64,000 nucleotides of DNA from Phycisphaerales bacterium (GTDB lineage: Bacteria; Planctomycetota; Phycisphaerae; Phycisphaerales; UBA1924): the NCBI GenBank assembly GCA_965227775.1, contig OZ245777.1:2656001-2720000 (forward strand), given 5' to 3'. Made by a program: the position numbers and the translations under genes. Shown here one piece after another: positions 28,644-38,897 of this stretch; the stretch's first letter is position 1, and each line of letters begins with the position of its first letter. The notes under the pieces are model-generated. The model did no database searches. It was not told where the DNA came from and saw nothing but the letters and a program-made list of their open reading frames with translations.

Positions 28644-29933
28644 ATGCAACGCAACACCATGACACGAACGCTCATCCTCGCACTCGCCGCCGGTGCTGTC
28701 GCCAGCACCGCCAGCGCACAGATTAGTTTCGGCCCTCGTACGGACCTGGCCACCGCCCAGCGTCCCTCTGGCGTCGCTGCCGCCGACTTTACGGGCGACG
28801 CTATCGTCGATCTGGCCATCATCGCCGACAACAACGACCGCATCCTCGTCTTCGTCGGCGACGGTGCTGGAAACTTCACCCCTGGCCCCGTGACGTTCCT
28901 CGGCGCGGGCGTTGGCGCCGACGCGACCATCAGCCACGACGTGGATGGCGACGGTGATGAGGACCTCGTTGTGGTGTTCGACGGGCCCAACCGCGCCCAG
29001 ATCATGCTGAACAACGGCGCTGGTTCGTTTACCGCCGGCGGGAGTGCTCCGACGCAGTTCGAGCCGGTCTGGATCGCCAAGGGCGATCTCAACGGCAACC
29101 CGCAGGCCGACTTCGTGGTGGTCAACCGTGACTCGAACTCTGTATCAATCATGCTCGACCTCGGCGCGTCAACCACGAGCACGGTCATCGCCGTAGGCCT
29201 CGAGCCCCGCGCGGTCGCCATCGCCGACTTCACGGGCGACGGCCTGGCCGACTTGGCGGTCACCAGCCACGACGACCGCACCGTGCGCATCCTCAACGGC
29301 AATGGCGCGGGCGGCTTTACGCCCGGCCAGGTGATCAGCACGCCCGGTGATCGCCCCGAGGGCATTGTCGCGGCCGACCTTGACTCCGATGGCGACCAGG
29401 ACTTTGCCATCACGATCGACAACAACGTCGACGTGTACGCCAACAACGCAGGCGCGCTGACGCGGGCCGGCCGCTTCCCGGTTGGCTCGGTCGATCCCTC
29501 CGAGATGTACGTGGGCAACTTCGCTCCCGGTTCGGCCTCCGGCCCGGACATCCTGACCGTCAACAATGACGGTGGCTCGATTTCGGTGTTTGAGAATGTG
29601 GGCGGCCTTGGATTCGGCGCCGCACTGGTATTGCCCACCGGCGTGCAGCCCGACTTTGCAGCCGTGGCCGATTTTGATGGCAATGGATCGAGCGACATCG
29701 CCGTCACCAACCGCGACAGCAACAGCACGAGCGTGTTCGTGAATGACGCGGCCGGAACGACGCCCTGCCCGGCTGACTTCGACGGCGATGGCAGCCTGAA
29801 CCTCTTCGACTTCCTGGCGTTCCAATCGGCATTCGACGCCATGGACCCAAGGGCCGACATCGACGGCGACGGCGCGTTCACCGTCTTCGACTTCCTCGGC
29901 TTCCAGAACCTCTTTGTTGCCGGCTGCCCCTGA
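28644..29933 (+). CDS. Secreted FG-GAP/VCBS-repeat protein with GC-type dockerin tag
   Basis: AGGAG RBS, signal peptide ending ASAQ, about 7 ADFxGDGxxDLAV repeats, C-terminal ...FQNLFVAGCP. Confidence 0.88.
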   Translation: MQRNTMTRTLILALAAGAVASTASAQISFGPRTDLATAQRPSGVAAADFTGDAIVDLAIIADNNDRILVFVGDGAGNFTPGPVTFLGAGVGADATISHDVDGDGDEDLVVVFDGPNRAQIMLNNGAGSFTAGGSAPTQFEPVWIAKGDLNGNPQADFVVVNRDSNSVSIMLDLGASTTSTVIAVGLEPRAVAIADFTGDGLADLAVTSHDDRTVRILNGNGAGGFTPGQVISTPGDRPEGIVAADLDSDGDQDFAITIDNNVDVYANNAGALTRAGRFPVGSVDPSEMYVGNFAPGSASGPDILTVNNDGGSISVFENVGGLGFGAALVLPTGVQPDFAAVADFDGNGSSDIAVTNRDSNSTSVFVNDAAGTTPCPADFDGDGSLNLFDFLAFQSAFDAMDPRADIDGDGAFTVFDFLGFQNLFVAGCP

Positions 29934-30195
29934 TCCCTGAGCGGTCGTGATCCCCTGATCCCCTGTCTGTTTCTCTCTCCATGCCCCGGGCGGCGGCCGA
30001 TCCACGAGACGGCCGCCGTCTTTGTGTTCGGGTGGTGATGTCGAGCACGCGCGCCTCGGCTCGGCCGCTCGCCGTACGGGACTACGTGGTCACGACCATG
30101 GTGGCACAGGCGTCGGCTCGCCTTGAGGGTCCCAAAACCCAAAGCCCCCGGGGCATCCCCTTCGTCCCATAGAAAAACCGCCCTGGCGCCCCCAG

Positions 30196-30510
30196 GAAGC
30201 GTTGATGCTCGACGATCAGTCGTTGATCGTCGAGCATCAGTCGTTCATGGAGCTCCATCAAGAGCTGATCGTCGAGCATCAGGAGCTGATGGACGCCGAT
30301 CAGTCGTTGACGGAGGCTGATGAGGAGTTCATGGAGGACGATCGAAAGCTGATGGAAGACGATCAGTCGTTGATGGAGGCCGATCAAGAGCTGATGGACG
30401 TCCGTCAATGACTGATGGAGGCTCATGAGTAGTTCACGGAGCTTCATCAGGAGCTGATGGGGACCAATCAGGAGTTGATCGGAGTCCATCGATGACCCAT
30501 GGAGCCCCAT
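30196..30510. repeat. Array of 15 degenerate 21-bp tandem repeats
   Basis: Consensus approx. CAGGAGCTGATGGAGNNCSAT with exact 21-bp period. Confidence 0.9.
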
Positions 30511-30612
30511 CAGGAGCCCGGGTCGCTCTCAAGAGAGCGTCCGATCATGCAGCGCGTACCCGCAGATCCCTTGCCGCGTCGGTCGTTCTCGGAACCATGA
30601 CCGCGGCCGCGC

Positions 30613-32091
30613 TCACTCCAGCCGCTCGAGCCTGTCGCACACCGATTCGATGACGCTCACACGCGCGAACCGCTTGTCGTTGGCGGGTACGAGTTGCCAG
30701 TGCGAGATCTCGGTGCTGGTGCGCGCGATCATCTCGTTCGCGGCGGCCTTGTAGTCGTCCCATCGCAGCCGGTTGCGGTGGTCTTCGTCGGTGAGCTTGT
30801 ACTTCTTGTAGCCGGTCTGGGCCCGCGCCCGGAAACGCTCCGCCTGGGTCTCCCGGTCGATGTGCAGCCAGAATTTCATGACGATCAGGCCACGCTCGGC
30901 GAGTTGGCCCTCGAAGTCGTTGATCTCCTCGTACGCGCGGCGCCATTCACTGGTTGAAGCGAGGTCCTCGACGCGCTCGACCAACACCCGGCCGTACCAG
31001 CTTCGGTCGAAGATCGCCATGCGTCCGTTCGCGGGGATGTCGCGCCAGAATCTCCAGAGGTAGTGGCGGGCCAGCTCTTCCTCTGTCGGCGCGCCCGTCG
31101 AGATCACGCTGTAGTCGCGCACGGGCAGCGGTCGGATAAGCCGCCGGATCGCCCCGCCCTTGCCCGCGGCATCCCAGCCCTCGAACACAATGACCGGCGA
31201 TCGGCCACCTCGAAGCCCACGAACCAGGCGGGCGAGCCTGGCCTGCGCCTCACCGAGACGCTTCTTGTATTCGTCCCGCTCGAGCGATCGCCCGAGGTCG
31301 ACCACGTCGAGCGGGCTGCGCTGCGGCGCCGTGAGTGCCGTGGGCTCGCCGTCCGAGGACGGGGCCGAGGAGGCAACCTTCGGTGCTTCGAGCCTGGCCC
31401 GAACCGCCGAGGCGATCGTCTCGCCAATCGTCAGGTCGCGGTAGTCTTCGTCGACACCCTCAACGATGTGCCACGGCGCGATGCTGCGATCGGTCAGGCG
31501 GACATACCGCTCGACGATCGGCATCACCCGATCGTGATCCTTCAACAGGGCCCGGTCGACATCGTCGACCTGCCAGGACAGCGCCGGGTCGGCGTCGGCC
31601 CGCTTGATGCGCTTGCGAAGCTCCTTGCGCGGCAGGTGGAGCCAGAACTTGAGCACGAGCGAGCCGTCATCGGTCAGCGCCCGCTCGAATCGAACGGCAT
31701 GATCCACGCGCCGCTCGTACTCGAGGTCATCGATGGCGCCGGCGATCCTCGCATCGAGGATGTGCCTTGCCCAGCCGCCCATATAGAGCCCGATGCACCC
31801 CCTCCGCGGCAGCACGCGCCAGTACCGCCAGAAGCGCGGCCTGGCTGCCTCCTCACTCGACGGCTCGATGAAGACCTCCGTGTTGAGGTGCCGGGCGTCC
31901 ATCCACTCGTTGAGCAGATCGACGACGCTGTTGCAACCCAGGCGGTCGTCGCCCGCGATCAGGATGAGCACCGAAAAGTCGGCCTGCCTCAGATCGAACT
32001 GCACGTTGAGCAGATCTACCCGAAGACCGGGAACGCGCTTCTTGAAGACTTCCTTGTCGACCGTGCTACCGGTTTCTGCGTTTTCGAACAT
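30613..32091 (-). CDS. pap: Polyphosphate:AMP phosphotransferase (two-domain PPK2)
   Basis: MFENAE start; FEGWDAAGKGG, YLWRFWR, FDRSWYGRVLVERVE; duplicated domain. Confidence 0.9.
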   Translation of the reverse strand: MFENAETGSTVDKEVFKKRVPGLRVDLLNVQFDLRQADFSVLILIAGDDRLGCNSVVDLLNEWMDARHLNTEVFIEPSSEEAARPRFWRYWRVLPRRGCIGLYMGGWARHILDARIAGAIDDLEYERRVDHAVRFERALTDDGSLVLKFWLHLPRKELRKRIKRADADPALSWQVDDVDRALLKDHDRVMPIVERYVRLTDRSIAPWHIVEGVDEDYRDLTIGETIASAVRARLEAPKVASSAPSSDGEPTALTAPQRSPLDVVDLGRSLERDEYKKRLGEAQARLARLVRGLRGGRSPVIVFEGWDAAGKGGAIRRLIRPLPVRDYSVISTGAPTEEELARHYLWRFWRDIPANGRMAIFDRSWYGRVLVERVEDLASTSEWRRAYEEINDFEGQLAERGLIVMKFWLHIDRETQAERFRARAQTGYKKYKLTDEDHRNRLRWDDYKAAANEMIARTSTEISHWQLVPANDKRFARVSVIESVCDRLERLE

Positions 32092-32198
32092 GTGTGTCCC
32101 CGGGTTCCCGTAGTCTACCGGAGCGGCGTTGGCCGCGCCGCAAACCACCCGGCCAGCCCCGCGTGGTATCATGGCGGCCAGAACCCCAGAGTGCACGC

Positions 32199-33155
32199 AT
32201 GCCGACCGAAACGATCCAATCTGAGACTCGCACGAAAGCTCCACGACGCCTGCTCATCACGGGCATCGGCGGCTTCCTCGGCCACCATCTCGCGCTCGTC
32301 GCACGGGATCTTGGCTGGCACGTCCTCGGCGTCACGCGCTCGAGCGATTCGCCGTTCGACCACGTGCGCGCGGATCTTTCCGACCCGGGGGCGGCCGCCA
32401 CGGTCATCAGAGACGCTTTCCCCGATGCCGTCATCCACTGCGCTGCCAACGCGCGGACGGCCGAATGCGAGAGGGCGCCGGAGACCGCCCATCGGGACAA
32501 CGTGCAGGCGACCGAGCAACTCGCCAGAGCGTGCGACAGCCTCCCACTCGTCGTGTGCTCGACCGACCTTGTCTTTGACGGAGAACGGCCGGGCGGCATG
32601 TACACCGAGCGTGACGCAACCGGCCCCCTCAACGCCTACGCCCGCAGCAAGCTGGCGATGGAACGCATGCTCTCGAAGATGGGATCGCGCGCCACCGTGG
32701 CCCGGCTGCCGCTGCTCTTTGGCCCCCCCGCCGCTGCGGCTGCCCGCAGCTGCTTCCTGTCGGCGTGGGCCGAGCACGTATCCGCGGGGAATGAGCTCGT
32801 GCTCTTTACCGACGAGTGGCGCACGCCCCTGAGCGCCCGCGACGCAGCGTGTGCATTGCTCGCATGTCTCGAGCGCGGCACGCCTGGCGAGATCTACCAC
32901 GTCGCCGGAGCCGACCGAGTCAACCGGTACGATCTCGGCCGGCGCTTCGCAAACCACGCTTCGGAGCAGTTGGGATTCGACGCGAATCTGATGAGGCCCG
33001 GCGTGCAGGCCGACGTGCCAATGCCTGCCCCTCGCGCGGGGGACGTGTCTCTCGACATCTCGCGCGCAAAGAGCGACCTGGGCTTCTCGCCCAGGTCGCT
33101 CGATGAAGAACTCGAATGGACCGCCGGCGTCATGGCCGGCCAGCTTCCCGCTTAG
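32199..33155 (+). CDS. RmlD-like extended SDR oxidoreductase
   Basis: ITGIGGFLG, STDLVFDG, YARSK and LFTDEWRTP motifs. Confidence 0.85.
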   Translation: MPTETIQSETRTKAPRRLLITGIGGFLGHHLALVARDLGWHVLGVTRSSDSPFDHVRADLSDPGAAATVIRDAFPDAVIHCAANARTAECERAPETAHRDNVQATEQLARACDSLPLVVCSTDLVFDGERPGGMYTERDATGPLNAYARSKLAMERMLSKMGSRATVARLPLLFGPPAAAAARSCFLSAWAEHVSAGNELVLFTDEWRTPLSARDAACALLACLERGTPGEIYHVAGADRVNRYDLGRRFANHASEQLGFDANLMRPGVQADVPMPAPRAGDVSLDISRAKSDLGFSPRSLDEELEWTAGVMAGQLPA

Positions 33156-35845
33156 CCGCAGCCGCGGGTAAACGCGTTCTGGAACGCCAGGAAGTCGAAG
33201 ATGGTCAGCGAGCCGTCGCCGTCGAAATCGGCTTCGGAGCTGCCCATGTCGAAGAGGTTCTGGAAGCCCAGGAAGTCGAAGATCGTCAGCTCACAATCGC
33301 CATCGATGTCCGGCAGGCACGTAGCCCGAAGTTCCACCGTTGTCGGTGTGTAGAACAAGCGGAACCGAATGTTGCTGGCGACCGGTGGCGGCACGAACGT
33401 GTCGAACTCGCCGGTGATCGAGCTGCCGCTAATCACAACGAAGTTCTCGCAGGTATCGGGCTCGAAACCATCGATGATCTCGGCCTCGAACGTGCCGTCA
33501 ACAGTGATGGCCGCCGAGCCAGTGATCTGATCGAACTCCTGAGCGTCCCGTCCGCCGATCTGCATGCGAACGACTGTCGTATCCGCCATCTCCACGGATG
33601 TCAGGGCTCGGATGATGCCGGTTTCGCCAAAGCTAGCGCCGGCGCGTCCGGGCGCGATCCCACCGCGAAGGACATAAACACCGCCGAGTTGGCCCGCTCC
33701 GGTCAGGCTGACTCCGGAGTCCAGGGTGGTCGTGATCCCGCCCACGGCTTGCACGAACTGGGCACGTCCGCCGATGGTCGGCGATGTGTCGTTGAGGAAG
33801 ATCTCGCCGTCGCCGTCGATGGTGCCGTTCGTTCTCGGGAGCACGCGGGTCCCCGACGTGCTGCCTTCACGATTCACGATGATCGTGCCGTCGAGCGTGA
33901 GGTCGCCATCAATCAACAAGTCGCGCCCGTTCTCGATCTCGACTTCGCCAGTGAACCGGTCGACATCGTCGAAAAGTCCGGTGCCTCCGGCGATCTCGAA
34001 CTGACCGGTACTGTTGTCGATCGTCCCCCCGGCGATCGTGCTGTTCAGCCGCACACGGCCATCGACGACCTCAAGACGTCCGTCGGTGCTCTGGTTCATG
34101 ACCGCGGCGAAGCGCAGGCTGCCACCATTGTCAACGCGGACGAGGTTGTTGTTGGTCTTCGGCGCGCCGATGAAGAGCAGGTCCCGGCTCTCGGCATTTG
34201 CGATGATCGTGCCTTCGTTGATGATGGCGGCGCTAAGTTGTCCCGAGCCCTGAATCACCACGTTCTCGCCGAGCGTTGTGACGAGGCCGCCCACAGCATC
34301 TATGAACTGGGCGCGACCGCCTGCGGTCGGTGAGGTATCGACCATCGTGATCGTCATGTCGCCGTCGAGGGTGCCCGACGTGCCCATGAGCACGCGGGTT
34401 CCTGATGTGCCGCCCTCGCGATTGACGAGGATCTCGCCGTTCATGATCAGGCCGCCGCGGATAACCAGGTCGCGACCGTTCTGGATCTCGATGTCACCGT
34501 CGAAGCGATCGAGATTGTTGAGATTGCCGGCTCCAGCCTCGATCTCGAAGAGGCCGTTCGTTGAGTCGACTCGACCGCCCTCGATCGTGCTGATGAGCCG
34601 CACTTCGCCGCCGTCGGCGACGATGCGACCGTCGGGGCCCTGGTTGATTGGCGTTCCCAGGCGCAAAAGCCCGCCGTCGACGGCTTCAATCAGGCTGTTG
34701 TTCACCTTGGCAACGCCAAGGATGGCCAACTCACGACCAGCCGAATCGGCGCTGACCGTGCCTTCATTGATGAAGTTCGCCGTCATCTGCCCCGCACCGC
34801 GGACCGCAACGGTGTCCGCGATCGTGGTCGTGATTCCACCTACCGCGTCAACAAACTGGGCTCGGCCGGCAGCCGTCGGCGAGGTGTCGTTCATGCGGAC
34901 GGTCAGATCGCCTTCAAGCGTGCCCGAAGTCGCGAACAGGAATCGTGAGCCCGAAGTGCCACCGTCGCGATTGACGAACACCGTGCCATCCATGTCGAGT
35001 CCGCCTCGGATGACCAGGTCACGGCCGTTCTGGATTTCCACATCGCCGGTTACCTTGGCGATATCTGTGAAGTTGCCCGAGCCCCCCTCAACCTCGAAGA
35101 GCCCGTTGCTCGAGTCGATACTCCCGCCCACGATCGTGCTGGTGAATCGGATGTCTCCGCCATCGGCGACGATCTCGCCGGTTGGGCCCTGATTGATCTG
35201 CGCGGTCAACCGGAGTTCACCACCATCGGTCGACTCCATCCTGCCGTTGTTGGTCTTGGGAGTATTAAGCAGCCAGAGATCTCGACCGTTCTGGTCGGCG
35301 CGGATTGTGCCTTCGTTGATGAACGTAAAGTTCATCTGGCCGGAGCCGCGGACGAGCAGATCGGACCCGATCATGGTCGCAAAGCCGGCGGCGGCGTCGA
35401 CGATTTGGGCCCTGCCGGCTGCGCTCGGCGAAGAGTCGTTCATGAAGATCTGGCCGTTGCCGCCCAGAGTCTGCATCATGTTCCCGATGACGACTCGTGA
35501 ACCGCTCGTTCCGCCGAGACCGTTGACAACGAGTACGCCGTCGATGGTGGAGGTGGCACCATTCAGGCGGAAGTCGCGACCGTTACCGATGCCCACCGTG
35601 GCGTTCGGATTGGTAAGCAGCAAGTTATCGATCGTCACCGACGCGTTGGTGAAGATATCGTACGTTCCGGGCAGCGAGACGCTGGCGGTTGTGCCCGGTC
35701 CAGGCACGGTCATCGGGTTCCAGTTTGCGGCAAGGTTCCAGTCGCCACCGGAAGCGTTGTCCCACTCAATTTGTGCATGTGCGGTCACCACCGTTCCGGC
35801 GACAACGCTCATTGCTACAACCAAACTCGTCCTGTTCCTCATCAT
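33152..35845 (-). CDS. Large secreted beta-helix/adhesin-like repeat protein with GC-type dockerin tag
   Basis: Signal peptide ending AHAQ; WNLAANW; four recurrences of NGRD..GTSG..DxSP..GRAQ; C-terminal dockerin ending GCG. Confidence 0.85.
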   Translation of the reverse strand: MMRNRTSLVVAMSVVAGTVVTAHAQIEWDNASGGDWNLAANWNPMTVPGPGTTASVSLPGTYDIFTNASVTIDNLLLTNPNATVGIGNGRDFRLNGATSTIDGVLVVNGLGGTSGSRVVIGNMMQTLGGNGQIFMNDSSPSAAGRAQIVDAAAGFATMIGSDLLVRGSGQMNFTFINEGTIRADQNGRDLWLLNTPKTNNGRMESTDGGELRLTAQINQGPTGEIVADGGDIRFTSTIVGGSIDSSNGLFEVEGGSGNFTDIAKVTGDVEIQNGRDLVIRGGLDMDGTVFVNRDGGTSGSRFLFATSGTLEGDLTVRMNDTSPTAAGRAQFVDAVGGITTTIADTVAVRGAGQMTANFINEGTVSADSAGRELAILGVAKVNNSLIEAVDGGLLRLGTPINQGPDGRIVADGGEVRLISTIEGGRVDSTNGLFEIEAGAGNLNNLDRFDGDIEIQNGRDLVIRGGLIMNGEILVNREGGTSGTRVLMGTSGTLDGDMTITMVDTSPTAGGRAQFIDAVGGLVTTLGENVVIQGSGQLSAAIINEGTIIANAESRDLLFIGAPKTNNNLVRVDNGGSLRFAAVMNQSTDGRLEVVDGRVRLNSTIAGGTIDNSTGQFEIAGGTGLFDDVDRFTGEVEIENGRDLLIDGDLTLDGTIIVNREGSTSGTRVLPRTNGTIDGDGEIFLNDTSPTIGGRAQFVQAVGGITTTLDSGVSLTGAGQLGGVYVLRGGIAPGRAGASFGETGIIRALTSVEMADTTVVRMQIGGRDAQEFDQITGSAAITVDGTFEAEIIDGFEPDTCENFVVISGSSITGEFDTFVPPPVASNIRFRLFYTPTTVELRATCLPDIDGDCELTIFDFLGFQNLFDMGSSEADFDGDGSLTIFDFLAFQNAFTRGCG

Positions 35846-35876
35846 CTCTCTCCCAGCAAGTCGCTCTCTCATGAAC

Positions 35877-35909
35877 ATCAGATGCCGGCCATGACAACCG
35901 GCATCTGAT
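35877..35909. other. Perfect 12-bp stem-loop in the leader of the adhesin-like gene
   Basis: ATCAGATGCCGG-N9-CCGGCATCTGAT. Confidence 0.6.
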
Positions 35910-36037
35910 TCGAGAGGATCATTAGAACGCACTGCGGCTCATTCCAGCAACACGATTCGTCGGTCCAGGACGTTTCCGGACTCGTTGTTTCGATTAGGCC
36001 GCGTGTGATGTCAAGATGGGAAAGGGCTCACGGCTTG

Positions 36038-38047
36038 CTACCGAGCCAGCCCGCGCGCCGAGAACAGCCACTCGATTGACAGCACCAGCACGGCGGCGAC
36101 GAGGAACCAGGGCCACAGCTCGCGCTGCCCGCCACTCGTTCGCTGGCCGGCGACATCGGCATCGAGCCCCCCGAAGCCCACGGGCAGCTCTCCCGCGGAG
36201 GCTACGCGGCTCTCAACTTCACTCATCACGTTGACGGTAACACCGCGCTGGTCGTCGGGCGTGGGCTGGTCGAGCAAGTAGACGCCCGCACGCTCGAAGG
36301 GACCAACCGATGGCGCAGCGCTCGGTGTCGAGAGCCGGAGCTCAAGCTCGGCACCAACCCCAGACAGCCGCACCTGTGTCCGCGGCTGCGAAAGCCGCAT
36401 CGTCGCGACGTCGCCGGCGCGCACGCCGTCGGCCGCATCGCGCGAGCCGCGCATCGAGAGGAAGTCGATCGCCTCTGCGACGAACAACGGGAAGCTCACG
36501 AGTTTGGGCCAGTTGCTCATCGCTGGCTCAAATCCAACCCAGATCCGCCGATGCCGCTCGGCCTCGAACGCGACGATCAACGGGCCACGCGAGCCGCTGG
36601 CGAGCACGGTGTGCCGCACGCCGTCGGGCAGGCTCGTCTCGATCAGCGGCTCGGCAACCGCGAGCTGGTCGAGCGCCAGGTCGCGCATGACCGGATGCGT
36701 CCGCCGCCAAGAAACGACACGCGTGCCCTCGGCCTCGCCCGCTTCCACCACCGGCAGCCGCGGCGCATCGCGCCGCTCCAAGGGCGGCGACGGGCCGAAG
36801 TGCAGGCTCGGCGCCGGCGGCGGGGTGCGCGGCGACACGCGGTCGAACACAATGGCATCGAACGGGACATCGCCCGCCGCCACCAGCTGCTCGTAGCGGC
36901 TCAGCCGGACGATGCGGATGTCGCCCAGCTCCATCGCCTGCAGCACGGCGGCGATCAGCAAGACGGGCCCGGGCCGGTCGGGATCGACCAGCTCGGTCTC
37001 GGGAATGACCTGCATCACGCGCGGCCGGCCGGCGGTGCGCAGCCAGAGCGAGGCCACGTCGTCGGCGGCCAGCACGTCCTGGCCGGGCAGCAGCACGCTC
37101 AAGACACCTGCGCCCGGCGCAACGGCCGAGAGGCTGACGCTCGCCTCGGTCGGGCCTTCGCCCTCGGCCCCGATCTCGGCGACCGCCTCGGCAACAACCT
37201 CGCCGTCGAGTGCGAGGCGTACGGGCAGCTCGCGTCGCATCTCGCCCGTCGCCAGCACGCGGGCGAAGACGCGGACGGTCGCGGGATCCTCGTACTGCCG
37301 CTGGGCCGCGAGGGCGACGATCCCGGCATTGCCAGCCTCGCCTGCGCCACCGATGGGCTCCAACCGCACGCGCACGTTCGCCGGCAGCGGATCGGTCGGC
37401 GGGGGCACGGCGCCGTCCGACGCCAGCACCAGCGTTAGCACGCGCGGCTCGTCGGGCGTCGACTCGCCCGCAGTTTCGCCGCCAACGTCCTCACGCGCGC
37501 TCGCGAGGCGAACCAGCTCGGCCAGCGCCTCGCCCGAGGCCTCCTCGTCCGTTGGCTCGACGGCGTCGATGGCGCCTAGCAGCACGGCCCGGTCGCCCGT
37601 CCACGGGGTCAGGGGCACGGCCTCGGCCCCGAGCGCCACGACCATGACCTGCGCATCGCTCCCGGCCGCCAGCTCGCGCGCCATCGTGCGGAGCGTCGTG
37701 CGTGCCTCCTCAAACCTCGACACCCCGCCCGCGCCGTCGATCGCGTTCATGGAGGCCGAGCGGTCGAGCACGAGCATGACGCGGCCGCCCAGCGTGCTGG
37801 GGATCACCGGCCGCGCGAAGGCCAGCAGCAGCAGCGCGAGCGCGAGCAGTTGTAACAGTAGTTGCGTCTGCGGCCGCACCATCCGCCACGGCGCGTTGCC
37901 CTGCGCATCGCGCACGGCGCGCTCCCAGAACAGCACGCTGCCCACGCGCACCGGCCGCCTCCGCAGCTTGAGCAGGTAGAAGGCGATCACCGGCGGCACC
38001 GTCAGCGCCGCCGCGACCAATGCAGCAAATGGGGCAAGAAACGTCAC
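36038..38047 (-). CDS. BatA/vWA domain membrane protein
   Basis: TFLAP..YLLKLRRR..SVLFWE BatA N-terminus; LDRSASM MIDAS; ELWPWFL C-terminal TM; GTGA overlap with rlmE. Confidence 0.85.
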   Translation of the reverse strand: MTFLAPFAALVAAALTVPPVIAFYLLKLRRRPVRVGSVLFWERAVRDAQGNAPWRMVRPQTQLLLQLLALALLLLAFARPVIPSTLGGRVMLVLDRSASMNAIDGAGGVSRFEEARTTLRTMARELAAGSDAQVMVVALGAEAVPLTPWTGDRAVLLGAIDAVEPTDEEASGEALAELVRLASAREDVGGETAGESTPDEPRVLTLVLASDGAVPPPTDPLPANVRVRLEPIGGAGEAGNAGIVALAAQRQYEDPATVRVFARVLATGEMRRELPVRLALDGEVVAEAVAEIGAEGEGPTEASVSLSAVAPGAGVLSVLLPGQDVLAADDVASLWLRTAGRPRVMQVIPETELVDPDRPGPVLLIAAVLQAMELGDIRIVRLSRYEQLVAAGDVPFDAIVFDRVSPRTPPPAPSLHFGPSPPLERRDAPRLPVVEAGEAEGTRVVSWRRTHPVMRDLALDQLAVAEPLIETSLPDGVRHTVLASGSRGPLIVAFEAERHRRIWVGFEPAMSNWPKLVSFPLFVAEAIDFLSMRGSRDAADGVRAGDVATMRLSQPRTQVRLSGVGAELELRLSTPSAAPSVGPFERAGVYLLDQPTPDDQRGVTVNVMSEVESRVASAGELPVGFGGLDADVAGQRTSGGQRELWPWFLVAAVLVLSIEWLFSARGLAR

Positions 38048-38733
38048 GACCCCCAGCCCTTCCCCGGCTCGGGAGGCGGCGGCGCCACGCCCTCGGGCCG
38101 CTCCAGCCGGCCCAGCGCCGGCTCGTAGCCCGTCGCGATCACGAACATCTCGGTCGAGACCTCGCGCGTTGCCCGCGGCTTCAGGCCCCGGCACTGGGCG
38201 AACATCGCGCCCGTGCGCTTCACCAGGTCGGGGTACGTCTCGCCCTCGAAGACCTTGTAGACCAGCCCCCCGCCGGGCCGCAGCACGTCCGGAAGCCGCT
38301 CGAGGATCGCCTCGCACAGGCGCACCGACTTGTAGTGGTCGCCCGCCCCGCTGGTGTTCGGGGCCATGTCGCTGATGACGACGTCGTACAGGCCGAGCCT
38401 GTCCTGTTCATCGCCCCGCCAGCGCACGACCGGCTCCAGCAGCGTCGCCGCGTCCTGCTTCGTGAAGTCGCCGCGCATCGTCACGACGCACGGCGGCATC
38501 GGCTCGCGCACGTCGCTCAGGTCGACCCCGGCGACCAGCCCCGCGTCCCCCACCAGTTCCGCGGCCACCTGCAGCCAGCTCCCGGGCGCACAGCCCAGGT
38601 CGAGCACGGCCATGCCCGGCCGCAGGATCCCCCGCCGCTCCTGGATCTCCAGCAGCTTGTACGCCGACCGCGCGAGGTACCCCTCGGCCTTTGCCTTGCG
38701 GAAGTACTGGTCGTGGAGGACGCGCTTGGGCAC
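38044..38733 (-). CDS. rlmE: 23S rRNA Um2552 methyltransferase
   Basis: DQYFRKAKAEGYLARSAYKL, DLGCAPGSWLQ, SDMAPNTSG, KPRATR. Confidence 0.93.
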   Translation of the reverse strand: MPKRVLHDQYFRKAKAEGYLARSAYKLLEIQERRGILRPGMAVLDLGCAPGSWLQVAAELVGDAGLVAGVDLSDVREPMPPCVVTMRGDFTKQDAATLLEPVVRWRGDEQDRLGLYDVVISDMAPNTSGAGDHYKSVRLCEAILERLPDVLRPGGGLVYKVFEGETYPDLVKRTGAMFAQCRGLKPRATREVSTEMFVIATGYEPALGRLERPEGVAPPPPEPGKGWGS

Positions 38734-38750
38734 GTAGGAGGGTAGGGGGA

Positions 38751-38824
38751 GAGGCACGAAGCGACGGAGGCACGAAGGCACGGAGGGGGAAGAGACGGAG
38801 AGACCAAGAGACAAAGAGACGGAG
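38751..38824. repeat. Purine-rich ~8-bp short tandem repeats
   Basis: GGCACGAA/GGCACGGA and GAGACGGA/GAGACCAA/GAGACAAA units. Confidence 0.55.
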
Positions 38825-38897
38825 TGGGCGAACGCGACGAGCCCTTCGCGCGAGCGAGCGGGTTGGACGCGCGAAGACAGTCGACCGGGGCGTTCGC

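Noticed and set aside
30196..30510. Possible CRISPR array
   Set aside because: Units are contiguous and degenerate with no unique spacers, and no cas genes are present
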